A stretch of 64,000 bases of DNA, taken from the NCBI GenBank assembly GCA_965660855.1, contig CBFIBM010000001.1:326705-390704 (forward strand), written 5' to 3'. A model generated the notes under the pieces. It ran no database searches. It was not told the origin of the DNA and was given only the letters and a program-made list of their open reading frames with translations. Source of the stretch: an uncultured bacterium. Its GTDB lineage: Bacteria; Fidelibacterota; Marinisomatia; Marinisomatales; UBA1611. The position numbers were made by a program, and so were the translations under genes. Below are positions 20,035 through 28,903 of this stretch, one piece after another (positions within the stretch are counted from its first letter, which is position 1; every line of letters starts with the position of its first letter).

Positions 20035-21461
20035 TTCAGAAATAAAATTTTATTAGTAAGGATATTTTCTCCATCTGACAATCGGATAATATATGTTCCA
20101 GAGCTAACATTCATTGGCTTCCATGAATAATTGTAAGAGCCTGATTTTAAATGTTCATCAATTAACACATGAGTTAGCTGTCCATTAATATTATAAATAT
20201 GAGCTTTTATATTTTTATCTGATTTTAAGCTAAAAGATATGTTGCAAATTGGGTTAAATGGATTTGGTCCAGATTTCAATTTATATAGATTTGGAGAAAG
20301 AATTTGTTTAGCTTTTACTAAGTTTTTACCCCACCCTCCTAAAGATATTTGCTTAATTTCATTCTTTAGTGGCATTTTCAGATTAAAGCTAGATGGTAAA
20401 GAAGATCCATCCAAAGAAAAACCTATAATCTTTTTCCCTTTTTGGGTCCAGCTCCAATTAGAGGGTAATCCATCATAGGAAATTAAACTTTCATTTAATA
20501 ATTGTATTTCAAAACCTAAAATTTCACCATTCGATTCCAAATGAATGTTGTTATTTTGTTTAAAAAATTCAGCTTCTGTCAAAATGGTTCTATTCGTTAT
20601 ATTTATTTCTAAAACTAATTGAATTATTGTAATAACATCAATTATATCAATTGACCCATCTTGATTGATATCGGATGCATAAACTTGTAATGGCGATCCA
20701 ACTTCATATCCTAACATTATAGATACTAGCATAACAGCATCATAGATATTTATTGATTCATCAAAGTTTATATCACCTAAGATACCAGATAAAGAATGTC
20801 CATCAACCCAACTTGGTGAACCGCGTAATAAACCATAATGACTATTGTTAGAATGATCAAAGAGTGTATCACCAGTTCCTTCATCGAAAGTATAATATGC
20901 AACTAAACCCTCTTCATTTCCTGTAAGACTTTGATCTATGAATTGATTAATCTCCTCTGAAGTTCTTGATATATTCCATAATCGTACTTCATCTATTCGT
21001 CCGCTAAAAAATCGGCTACTATAATCTGAACCAATTCTAAGAGGATTATTATTTGATGTAACATTTAGGGATGTTCCTGAGAGGTTATATTCTGAACCAT
21101 TTATATATAATTTTCGAGTATTTTGATTTTTTACTGCCGCAATATGGTACCATTGGTTTGCATTAAGAATACCAGTATTTGTAGTTGCCTCATCAAAACT
21201 TAAGCCTGTATATGGTGCTTGGTCTGTAAGCCTTAATAAATAACCATTTGCTGCGCTAGATTGATATTTTGATACAATTCCACTCAGCCATGAAAATTCT
21301 TCCGGAAATATCCATGCTTCAATTGTGTAATTTGAAGTAAGATCTAATTGATTATGATCTGATATTAAGACGTAATCATTTATTCCATCAAAATCTAACG
21401 ATTTATCTTGGCACAATAATAGATTGTAAAGAAATAAGCTAAGAGAAATATAACATTTCAT
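20031..21461 (-). CDS. Secreted LamG/concanavalin-like lectin domain protein with dockerin-like repeats and T9SS CTD
   Basis: LamG signature: DFDGINDYVLI...YTIEAWIFPEE...GRIDEVRLWN. Two dockerin-type Ca-binding repeats: GDINFDESINIYDAVMLV and SDINQDGSIDIIDVITII. C-terminus GPNPFNPICNISF...KILFLK. 4 nt overlap with the downstream PNGase F-like gene. Confidence 0.8.
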   Translation of the reverse strand: MKCYISLSLFLYNLLLCQDKSLDFDGINDYVLISDHNQLDLTSNYTIEAWIFPEEFSWLSGIVSKYQSSAANGYLLRLTDQAPYTGLSFDEATTNTGILNANQWYHIAAVKNQNTRKLYINGSEYNLSGTSLNVTSNNNPLRIGSDYSSRFFSGRIDEVRLWNISRTSEEINQFIDQSLTGNEEGLVAYYTFDEGTGDTLFDHSNNSHYGLLRGSPSWVDGHSLSGILGDINFDESINIYDAVMLVSIMLGYEVGSPLQVYASDINQDGSIDIIDVITIIQLVLEINITNRTILTEAEFFKQNNNIHLESNGEILGFEIQLLNESLISYDGLPSNWSWTQKGKKIIGFSLDGSSLPSSFNLKMPLKNEIKQISLGGWGKNLVKAKQILSPNLYKLKSGPNPFNPICNISFSLKSDKNIKAHIYNINGQLTHVLIDEHLKSGSYNYSWKPMNVSSGTYIIRLSDGENILTNKILFLK

Positions 21462-21580
21462 GCGTTTTAAAATAAATTTGTTATAATAAATGTTGTCTGA
21501 ATATATCTATTTTAATTATCGGAATGAATTTTATTTTGTATTTGATTATTAGTAACCTTTCAATATAAGATTTAATACCG

Positions 21581-21805
21581 ATGGACTTTGTAATATTAAT
21601 TTTATCTATACTTTGCACTATTTTTTATGTGGTGATAATGCCTTTTGCTCTAAAAAATAAAAATATTAAAGTTCATGATAACCAGTTTCAAGATTTTGTT
21701 AACAACGATTCAGGCTATGCTTGGTCTATTTCATCAAATAGAAAAAAACAGTATTACCATAGTTTAAATAAACGCTTAAAAATAAATGCAAAACAAAGAA
21801 TGTAA
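21581..21805 (+). CDS. Small hypothetical membrane protein
   Basis: 74 aa ORF with one TM. No other support. Confidence 0.3.
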   Translation: MDFVILILSILCTIFYVVIMPFALKNKNIKVHDNQFQDFVNNDSGYAWSISSNRKKQYYHSLNKRLKINAKQRM

Positions 21806-21832
21806 GTAGGTATTCATATCTAAACTAATTCT

Positions 21833-22456
21833 ATGCCTAATTTTGACTCCTTTGATAATCTTAGTAAGAATGGGGTTCTTAATTTTAAAGAACTTCATTT
21901 AGAATATATTCCGAACTTTTTAACGCCTAAAAGTAGTAACACCCTACATAAAATATTTAGAAACTCTATTAAATGGAAAAATGATAATTTTAAAATAATG
22001 GGTAAAAATTATAAGGTGAGTAGAAAAGTAGCACTTTATGGTGATAAAAATATTTTTTATAAATATTCTGGGTCTAAAAAAGTAGCAATTCCATGGACTG
22101 AAAACCTTATAATTCTGAAAAATAAAATTGAAAAAATATCTAAAACAAATTATAATTCAGTATTATTAAATGAATATGATGATGGGGAAGTATATATGGG
22201 TTGGCATAGTGATAATGAAAGAGAGCTGGGTATTAATCCTACGATAGCATCTGTGAGTTTGGGTTCATCAAGAGATTTTTTATTCAAGCATAAATTTGAT
22301 AAAGCCTTAAAAAAAGTAAAGATTAATCTATCAAATGGATCTTTATTAATAATGAAGGGGCAAACACAGCATTTGTGGAACCATTGTCTTCCGAAAAGGC
22401 GCTTGGTTCATGAGGGAAGGATTAATCTGACCTTTAGAAATATTATCAATTCATAG
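21833..22456 (+). CDS. alkB: Alpha-ketoglutarate/Fe(II)-dependent dioxygenase AlkB
   Basis: MGWHSDNERELG (HxD), ASVSLGSSRDFLF, and HCLP...RINLTFRN (distal His and Arg). Confidence 0.85.
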   Translation: MPNFDSFDNLSKNGVLNFKELHLEYIPNFLTPKSSNTLHKIFRNSIKWKNDNFKIMGKNYKVSRKVALYGDKNIFYKYSGSKKVAIPWTENLIILKNKIEKISKTNYNSVLLNEYDDGEVYMGWHSDNERELGINPTIASVSLGSSRDFLFKHKFDKALKKVKINLSNGSLLIMKGQTQHLWNHCLPKRRLVHEGRINLTFRNIINS

Positions 22457-22536
22457 AACTGATATCGTCCATAAAATTATTGTTTTTAATAGAATTAGAA
22501 ATTACTTTTTTATAAAATATGATGTTAATTTAAATT

Positions 22537-23517
22537 ATGAAAATAACAATACTGATTATATCCTTGGTTTTTTCCCTATTAAACGGACAATTACTTGAAG
22601 ACCTCGATGATTTTAAAAAACTAAAAAGAAATTTCATTTTAGAACCGTCATTCATTGAAAAAACTGATGGTTTATGGTATAATGGGATAGAAGATGAGTT
22701 ATTTACTGGTAGGGTAATAGTTTATTCAAAGTCAAATCCTGAAGGGATAAAGTTAGCTGAATGTACCATAGTAAATGGTATCAAAAGTGGGTTCTTAATA
22801 CAATATTACAATAAAAAACATATGGTTCCTGGAATTAAAGGACTATACGTGAATGGAAAAAAAGAGGGTGTGTGGACGTGGACTTTTCCTGATTACAGTA
22901 AATATCTTAACGCATGGAGGGATGCAGAATCGCAGATTATAACTAGTATTGAATTCCGTGATGATAAAAGACACGGTTATATAACGATTGATCGAGCTAC
23001 CATTGAAGAAAAAGGAGTTATTGAAAAATACTCCTTTTTGAGAAATGATATTTTATTGAGGGGTCAATACACTGATAGTAATAAGTCAGGAACTTGGTTA
23101 TTCAACGAATACGAATTAAGTGATTTTGATGAGATGTCAGAGCCCTATGATATCGATATGGATCCGTTTTATTGGTCAAAAAAAGAGGTCTACGATAAAA
23201 CAGGTAACCTAGCGTATAATGAATGCCGTGAGCCTTGGGATAGAGAAATTGAATGTAAACCGACTAGCTATAAATATTTTAACCCGAAAATATTTATTTA
23301 TAACGATCAGAAGATATTAGCTGATAAATTAAAAACCAACAGTAGTAATATTACCTACATCCCTGATGATAATGGGTTCCAAGTTAAAGTGAATTTAAAA
23401 GATTTTAAGAACCATATCATGAAGCATCATCCAAACGGTACGAGTGTTCACAAGCAAAAGGGCTCTTCTTTTACGATTGATGATAGTTTTAGAAAAATGC
23501 TAGGAAACTTAAGATAA
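22537..23517 (+). CDS. Secreted protein with MORN-variant (YwqK-like) repeats
   Basis: Signal peptide. Repeats of the type G.K.G....YY.NG and NGKKEGVWTWTFPD. Confidence 0.65.
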   Translation: MKITILIISLVFSLLNGQLLEDLDDFKKLKRNFILEPSFIEKTDGLWYNGIEDELFTGRVIVYSKSNPEGIKLAECTIVNGIKSGFLIQYYNKKHMVPGIKGLYVNGKKEGVWTWTFPDYSKYLNAWRDAESQIITSIEFRDDKRHGYITIDRATIEEKGVIEKYSFLRNDILLRGQYTDSNKSGTWLFNEYELSDFDEMSEPYDIDMDPFYWSKKEVYDKTGNLAYNECREPWDREIECKPTSYKYFNPKIFIYNDQKILADKLKTNSSNITYIPDDNGFQVKVNLKDFKNHIMKHHPNGTSVHKQKGSSFTIDDSFRKMLGNLR

Positions 23518-23563
23518 TGGAGATTTTTTCTTTAAAGTATTTATCCTTTACGGTTCTAGATCA

Positions 23564-24037
23564 TTGAAAAGAATTAATGAATGGTTAGTCGCTTATGGCG
23601 AAAGTCATAAAAATCCTTTAAATAAGAAAATTCATTGGATTTGCGTTCCAGCAATAATGTTTAGTGTTGTTGGGCTACTTTTTTCAATTCCTCATGATAG
23701 TTTTCCTTATATTTATGGTATTATTCAGATTAATTGGGGTTTCATCGTAATAGGATTGGTTATAACATATTATATAAGATTATCAGTTTCTATGGGTATT
23801 GGAATGTTTTTAATTAGTATTTTTTTGATTTTGGGGAATCTCGCTATAAAATTATATCTAACATTTGAATTATGGAAAGTTTCTACTGTAATATTTATCT
23901 TTGCTTGGGTAGGTCAATTTGTTGGCCACAAAATCGAGGGGAAGAAACCCTCTTTTTTCCAAGATATTCAATTCTTACTTATTGGCCCTGCTTGGCTTTT
24001 ATCTTTTATTTTTAAAAGATATGGTATAAAGATCTAG
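23564..24037 (+). CDS. DUF962 (Mpo1-like) membrane protein
   Basis: N-terminal YGESHKNPLNKKIHWICVPAIMF and conserved HKIEGKKPSFFQD; 4 TMs. Confidence 0.75.
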   Translation: MKRINEWLVAYGESHKNPLNKKIHWICVPAIMFSVVGLLFSIPHDSFPYIYGIIQINWGFIVIGLVITYYIRLSVSMGIGMFLISIFLILGNLAIKLYLTFELWKVSTVIFIFAWVGQFVGHKIEGKKPSFFQDIQFLLIGPAWLLSFIFKRYGIKI

Positions 24038-24054
24038 TAATGAGTGCTTTCTAA

Positions 24055-24699
24055 TTGTATTGCTTTATTATTCTATCATTTTTGATAAGTGGGCTTAATG
24101 GTGCAATAAAACTTGATAAAATCCTCCTATTCAACTCAAATACTTACTATGGTACATTTATAAAATCTACAAATGAAAAAGTATTTTTTAAAATATCTGG
24201 AAATACTGAAGCAGATTCAGTTGATATCGTAAATATCCAGTTATTACAACTTTCTAGTGGAAACAAAATCATAGATAACGGAGTTATTGTTGGAAAAGTA
24301 AAAGTAGAAGATCTAGCCATAAGAAATGTAAGACAGGAACTTGAAGGTTCGTTCAAATGGAAAGCAATTGGAGTAGCAAGCGTTCCTATTAGTTTATTAT
24401 CTGGGTCCTTATTTTGGAATTTGAGTAAACGATTTAGTTCTTCGAATAATGGTATACCCCCAGCGTTATTGTTTGGGTTTTCTTCGGTTTTTAGTTTTCA
24501 ATTTACTCTTGCAAATATTAACATTTTAGTGAAAGGGTTACCAAAAGATATTGATTTTAATGCAAAAGAATTATATGAAAATGTTTATGCTAAAGAATTA
24601 AAAAAACAAAGAAGAATTCTTCTTTCAAGAGGAATTCTTATTGGTACATTAGGAACAGGAATGTTTGCTTATCTATCTAAAAATGTAAAAGTGAATTAA
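24055..24699 (+). CDS. Hypothetical membrane protein
   Basis: 214 aa ORF with a signal/TM, a beta-rich N-domain and 3 C-terminal TMs. TTG start; no family assigned. Confidence 0.5.
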   Translation: MYCFIILSFLISGLNGAIKLDKILLFNSNTYYGTFIKSTNEKVFFKISGNTEADSVDIVNIQLLQLSSGNKIIDNGVIVGKVKVEDLAIRNVRQELEGSFKWKAIGVASVPISLLSGSLFWNLSKRFSSSNNGIPPALLFGFSSVFSFQFTLANINILVKGLPKDIDFNAKELYENVYAKELKKQRRILLSRGILIGTLGTGMFAYLSKNVKVN

Positions 24700-24728
24700 A
24701 TTTTTTGAATCAATAGAGGCTTACTAAA

Positions 24729-25580
24729 ATGAAGAAAGAACTTAAATTCTTAAAACTTACATTACTAATTGCTTTAATATCATTCAGTTGTGAAGATACA
24801 GAAATAAATAGAAATTTTAGTTCAGTTCCAACTGTTTTTACAAAAAAAGTTCTATTAGAAGAATTTACAGGTTCATGGTGTGGATACTGTCCAGATGGAG
24901 CAGAAAGACTGGAAGAGTTAGTCAATGATTATGATGTAGTCGGTGTTGCCATTCATTCTCAGGATGCTATGGAAATACAACATGGAGTATATCTTGAAGA
25001 AGTTTATCCAATGTCTGGTTACCCTGGTGGTATGGTTGATAGAATTTCTTATGAAGGGTATGTGGGGCATAATAGAGGATGGTGGTCATGGCTTGCTGAT
25101 CAGCAATTACAAAAAAGTGCAGTTTGTGGTCTGGCTATAAATTCTCAAGTTAGCGGTGATAAAGCAAATATTGAGGTTAGGTATGCCTTTAATACTGAAG
25201 TTATATTAGAAAATCATAAATTAAATGTTTACCTAGTGGAGGATAATGTTCAAGGAGAAGGATATGGTTTCGATCAACGAAATTATTATAATTCCGATAC
25301 TTCAAGTACTTTCTTTAATCAGGGCGACCCTATCATAGGGTATCTACATAATAATACACTAAGAAATGCTATCTATCCAAATTCACTTGGGGAATCATTG
25401 TTTGAAGAAAGTTTAACCAATATGGCTTTTGCAAGTTTTTTTCAAATAGATATATCAAATTATAATAAAAAAAACTTGAAAGTTGTTGCTTTCATTACAA
25501 AGGTTGGAGAAAGCGTACTTGATCATGAAGTTCTTAACGTTCAAAAATGCGATGTTGATGGATTTCAGGACTGGGACTAA
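24729..25580 (+). CDS. Omp28-related thioredoxin-like lipoprotein
   Basis: Lipobox ISFSC. VLLEEFTGSWCGYCPDG matches the Omp28-family EEFTG.WC..CP motif. Confidence 0.7.
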   Translation: MKKELKFLKLTLLIALISFSCEDTEINRNFSSVPTVFTKKVLLEEFTGSWCGYCPDGAERLEELVNDYDVVGVAIHSQDAMEIQHGVYLEEVYPMSGYPGGMVDRISYEGYVGHNRGWWSWLADQQLQKSAVCGLAINSQVSGDKANIEVRYAFNTEVILENHKLNVYLVEDNVQGEGYGFDQRNYYNSDTSSTFFNQGDPIIGYLHNNTLRNAIYPNSLGESLFEESLTNMAFASFFQIDISNYNKKNLKVVAFITKVGESVLDHEVLNVQKCDVDGFQDWD

Positions 25581-25589
25581 TAGTTAGAA

Positions 25590-25829
25590 ATGGATTTTAT
25601 ATCAGTAGAAACGTTGGGCTGGCTTGCATTTTTTTTTCTACTAATAGGTTATTATCTAAACTCACAGATTGATAAAAATTGTTTCTATTATTGGGCTTTA
25701 GGGAACATATTGTATGCAATATATGGTTTCTCTGTTAACGCTGTGCCTATAATTGCTACAAGTATTTTAATCTTAGGTATGAATATTTATGGTTACATCA
25801 ATTGGGATAAAATAAAAAAAATATCATAA
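25590..25829 (+). CDS. Small 3-TM membrane protein
   Basis: 79 aa with three hydrophobic helices. Family not assignable by eye. Confidence 0.45.
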   Translation: MDFISVETLGWLAFFFLLIGYYLNSQIDKNCFYYWALGNILYAIYGFSVNAVPIIATSILILGMNIYGYINWDKIKKIS

Positions 25830-25833
25830 TATC

Positions 25834-26532
25834 ATGAAAAATAAAAACATAATCATCACAGGCGGTAATAAAGGGATTGGCTTTGGTCTCGTAAAAAAAC
25901 TATCTGAAAAACATAATATTATATTTACAGTTCGATCCAAGAAAAAGGGAGAAAAAACGTTAAATTCTTTGATAAATGTCCATAGTATACCAAAGTATGT
26001 TATAATGGATGTCACATCCTCATCCTCTGTGAATAGAGGATTTGAATTAATTAATGAATCTATGGGATCTATTGATATCCTTATAAACAATGCTGGGATT
26101 TTAATCCCTGGCTTAAAGTCTAATATACCTGCTATTGATACAAATGAAGACGATATCTTAAAAACATTCAATACAAACACAATGGGAGTATTGCGAGTTA
26201 CAAAATCCGCAGTTCCATTGATGAAAAAAGAATCTATGGTACTTAATATTTCAAGTGGTATGGGACAGTTAGAAGATATGGGAACTGGTTCTGCTGCTTA
26301 TCGATTATCGAAAACAGCCTTAAATGCTCTTACTGTGATATTAGCATCTGAACTGAAAGCTAAAAGTATATACGTGAATGCTATTTGCCCCGGTTGGGTT
26401 CAAACTGATATGGGCGGAGAAAACGCAGAATTAACTGTGGATGAATCTGTAAGTAAAATTATTAAATTTATTTATTCTGATTCAATCCCTAATGGTAAGT
26501 TTCTCAGAAATGGTAAAATACTACCATGGTAA
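25834..26532 (+). CDS. Short-chain dehydrogenase/reductase (carbonyl reductase-like)
   Basis: TGGNKGIGFG cofactor motif, NNAG, and catalytic S...YRLSK. Confidence 0.9.
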   Translation: MKNKNIIITGGNKGIGFGLVKKLSEKHNIIFTVRSKKKGEKTLNSLINVHSIPKYVIMDVTSSSSVNRGFELINESMGSIDILINNAGILIPGLKSNIPAIDTNEDDILKTFNTNTMGVLRVTKSAVPLMKKESMVLNISSGMGQLEDMGTGSAAYRLSKTALNALTVILASELKAKSIYVNAICPGWVQTDMGGENAELTVDESVSKIIKFIYSDSIPNGKFLRNGKILPW

Positions 26533-26711
26533 TGAATATTTTATATTTTTAGATTATTTCTTATTTTTTCTTAAAAATTAAGTCTTTTAATGTTTTTTTA
26601 ATTAATTAACACCGTATAAGTTATTTTTCATTAGATTATATTATTAATTTTTATTGATAAAAATGTAATTTGTCAAATTTATTTTTCTAATTTTAAATTA
26701 AGAGGTTAATC

Positions 26712-28865
26712 ATGTTTAATTTAATTAAACTATTTATTGTACTGTTTTCCCTAAATCTTTTCGCAAATACTCTGAATGTTTCAGTGAATGGTAACAATGA
26801 AACTGGTGATGGTTCATTCGATAATCCATACGCTACAATTCAAAAAGGAGTAGATGAAGCCAGTCCAAATGACACAGTTTATGTATTTGACGGAATATAT
26901 GATGGAGGAATTATCATCAATGATAAACCACTGACCTTGCTTGGGCAATCCAGAGAAGAAACAAAGATTAATATTATTAGAAGTACCCCCCAAATTTCTA
27001 TTATAGATGTTCAAGATGACATGGTTAAAATTGCTAATTTTAGGATTAAAAGAGGTAGTTCAGATCGTGGGGGTGGCATCTATTCAAAAAATTCAAAGGT
27101 AATGATCAGTAACAGTGATTTTTCACATAACATTTCTAGTTCAAATGGTGGGGCAATATATGCTGATCGATCAGAAATTGAAATTGATAACTCTTTATTT
27201 TTTCTAAATTCATCAGACTCTCTTGGTGGCTCAATATATGCTCACAAAACAAAATTAGTTCTTCATGACCTAGAATTACGAAATAACAGTGCAGTGGCAG
27301 GTGGTGCTATTGGTTTAGATACTCTATCTCATTGTTTAGTAAATAATTCTGAAATCTTTAATAATGGCGCGAATGTAGGTGGTGGAATTGCCGTTTTTGA
27401 TGGTGGTAAGCTTAGTATTCTAAATTCAGATATTTATGGTAATAATGCAAATGCCGTGGGAGGTGTAATTCCACAACACTCTGATCCAGATAATTTTCCA
27501 TTGTATGGGGGTGGTGGCGGTTTATATCAACAGTTCTCTGATAGTTTAATTATTAAAAATTCTAACTTTGATAATAATACGGCACCCACTGGGATAGGTG
27601 GTGGCCTTGCTATCTATTATAGTAAGGATATTGAATTAGAAAACGTAAATATTAATGGCAATGAATCAGGCGGAGCTGGAGGTGGTATTTGTTTTTTACG
27701 TTCAGATTATATTAATTACAATGGTGGTGTAATTAGAGATAATAGATCAAATTCTAACAGTGGTGGAGGTATCCATTTAGGAACCGAATCTTTTGATGCT
27801 TCAATTATAGTTAATGCTACATTTAGTAGATTAGATTTTATTAATAATTATGCACAGGTTGGAGGTGGTGGTCTAATGTTATGGTCAGCCCGAGTGAATG
27901 TCTACAACTCAACATTCTCTCAAAATGAAGCAAATGATAATGATGGAACCTCTAGTTGGAGCGGTGGTGGTTTATCATCTCACTCCGTAGCTGAGCCAAA
28001 TATAATAAATTCTATATTTTATAATAATTATCCCAACTCATTACATCATCCATCTACAACTTCAAACATGAGCGTAAAGTATTCTCTTCTTGAAGAGTTT
28101 CATAGCGGAGTAGAAAATCTTATTGAGATTGATCCTCTATTCAAAGATCCCGAAGGTGGCGATTTTACTCTGCAACCAAATAGCCCATGTATTGATGCTG
28201 GGATGTCTGATTTTGATTATGATGGTATTGATGAAATCAATGATTATTTAGGTTCAGCTCCGGATATGGGTTCTACCGAATTTATGCTCGATCCCCCATT
28301 GGGTTTTAACGGATTTATATTAGATTCATCTGTAGTTCTAACTTGGTTACATATTACAGATCCAGGTTTTCAATACTATAAAATTGAACAATCGAATGAC
28401 TCTTTATTTAATGACGAAGTATTAGAGTTATATATCACTGAGAATACACATACCACTGAAAACCTTAATTTTGATTCAACGTATTTTTTCAGAGTTTCTG
28501 CATTTGTTGGATACTGGACAGATTATTCTCCAGTATTAGCTTTTACTCTTGAAACTTTAGAATTGGAAAAGAACATGTTACATGCTCAGGAATTTAATGT
28601 AAGTCAAAACTTCCCAAATCCATTCAATCCAATTACTTCGATTCAATATACCATACCAGTAAATGGATTTGTAGATATCATTATTTACGATATGAAAGGT
28701 AGAGTGGTAAAAAACTTAAAGAGTGATTATGAAGTTGCAGGAACCAAATCTATTCGGTGGAATGCAACAGATAACTTCGGTTCGTCTGTTCCTACTGGAA
28801 TGTACATTTATAGTGTCAAAGCTGGACCATTTCTGAAAAATACAAAAATGATTTTACTGAAGTAA
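26712..28865 (+). CDS. Secreted right-handed beta-helix protein (Pmp-like GGAI/FxxN repeats) with FN3-like domain and T9SS CTD
   Basis: Signal peptide. Numerous GGAIY/GGSIY/GGGI/GGGL repeats paired with F..N/N.A turns. C-terminus NFPNPFNPITSIQYTIP...KMILLK. Confidence 0.8.
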   Translation: MFNLIKLFIVLFSLNLFANTLNVSVNGNNETGDGSFDNPYATIQKGVDEASPNDTVYVFDGIYDGGIIINDKPLTLLGQSREETKINIIRSTPQISIIDVQDDMVKIANFRIKRGSSDRGGGIYSKNSKVMISNSDFSHNISSSNGGAIYADRSEIEIDNSLFFLNSSDSLGGSIYAHKTKLVLHDLELRNNSAVAGGAIGLDTLSHCLVNNSEIFNNGANVGGGIAVFDGGKLSILNSDIYGNNANAVGGVIPQHSDPDNFPLYGGGGGLYQQFSDSLIIKNSNFDNNTAPTGIGGGLAIYYSKDIELENVNINGNESGGAGGGICFLRSDYINYNGGVIRDNRSNSNSGGGIHLGTESFDASIIVNATFSRLDFINNYAQVGGGGLMLWSARVNVYNSTFSQNEANDNDGTSSWSGGGLSSHSVAEPNIINSIFYNNYPNSLHHPSTTSNMSVKYSLLEEFHSGVENLIEIDPLFKDPEGGDFTLQPNSPCIDAGMSDFDYDGIDEINDYLGSAPDMGSTEFMLDPPLGFNGFILDSSVVLTWLHITDPGFQYYKIEQSNDSLFNDEVLELYITENTHTTENLNFDSTYFFRVSAFVGYWTDYSPVLAFTLETLELEKNMLHAQEFNVSQNFPNPFNPITSIQYTIPVNGFVDIIIYDMKGRVVKNLKSDYEVAGTKSIRWNATDNFGSSVPTGMYIYSVKAGPFLKNTKMILLK

Positions 28866-28903
28866 TCATTTGAACTTTTGAGATTAAAAGCAATAAAATT
28901 TGT

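Noticed and set aside
10085-22000. Genomic island integrated at tRNA-Ser
   Set aside because: The content downstream of the tRNA looks accessory. However, there is no integrase, and I could not spot a direct repeat of the tRNA 3' end. Composition by eye resembles the rest of the window. Evidence is insufficient.
25590-25829. Assigning the 79 aa 3-TM protein to SemiSWEET or PnuC families
   Set aside because: Size and topology are compatible, but I could not identify the PQ-loop or PnuC signature motifs with confidence.
26655-26700. Bacteroidetes-type promoter (TAnnTTTG -7 element: TAATTTG) upstream of the beta-helix gene
   Set aside because: The -7-like heptamer is present, but no TTTG -33 element lies at the right spacing. 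In sequence this AT-rich, such matches are expected by chance.
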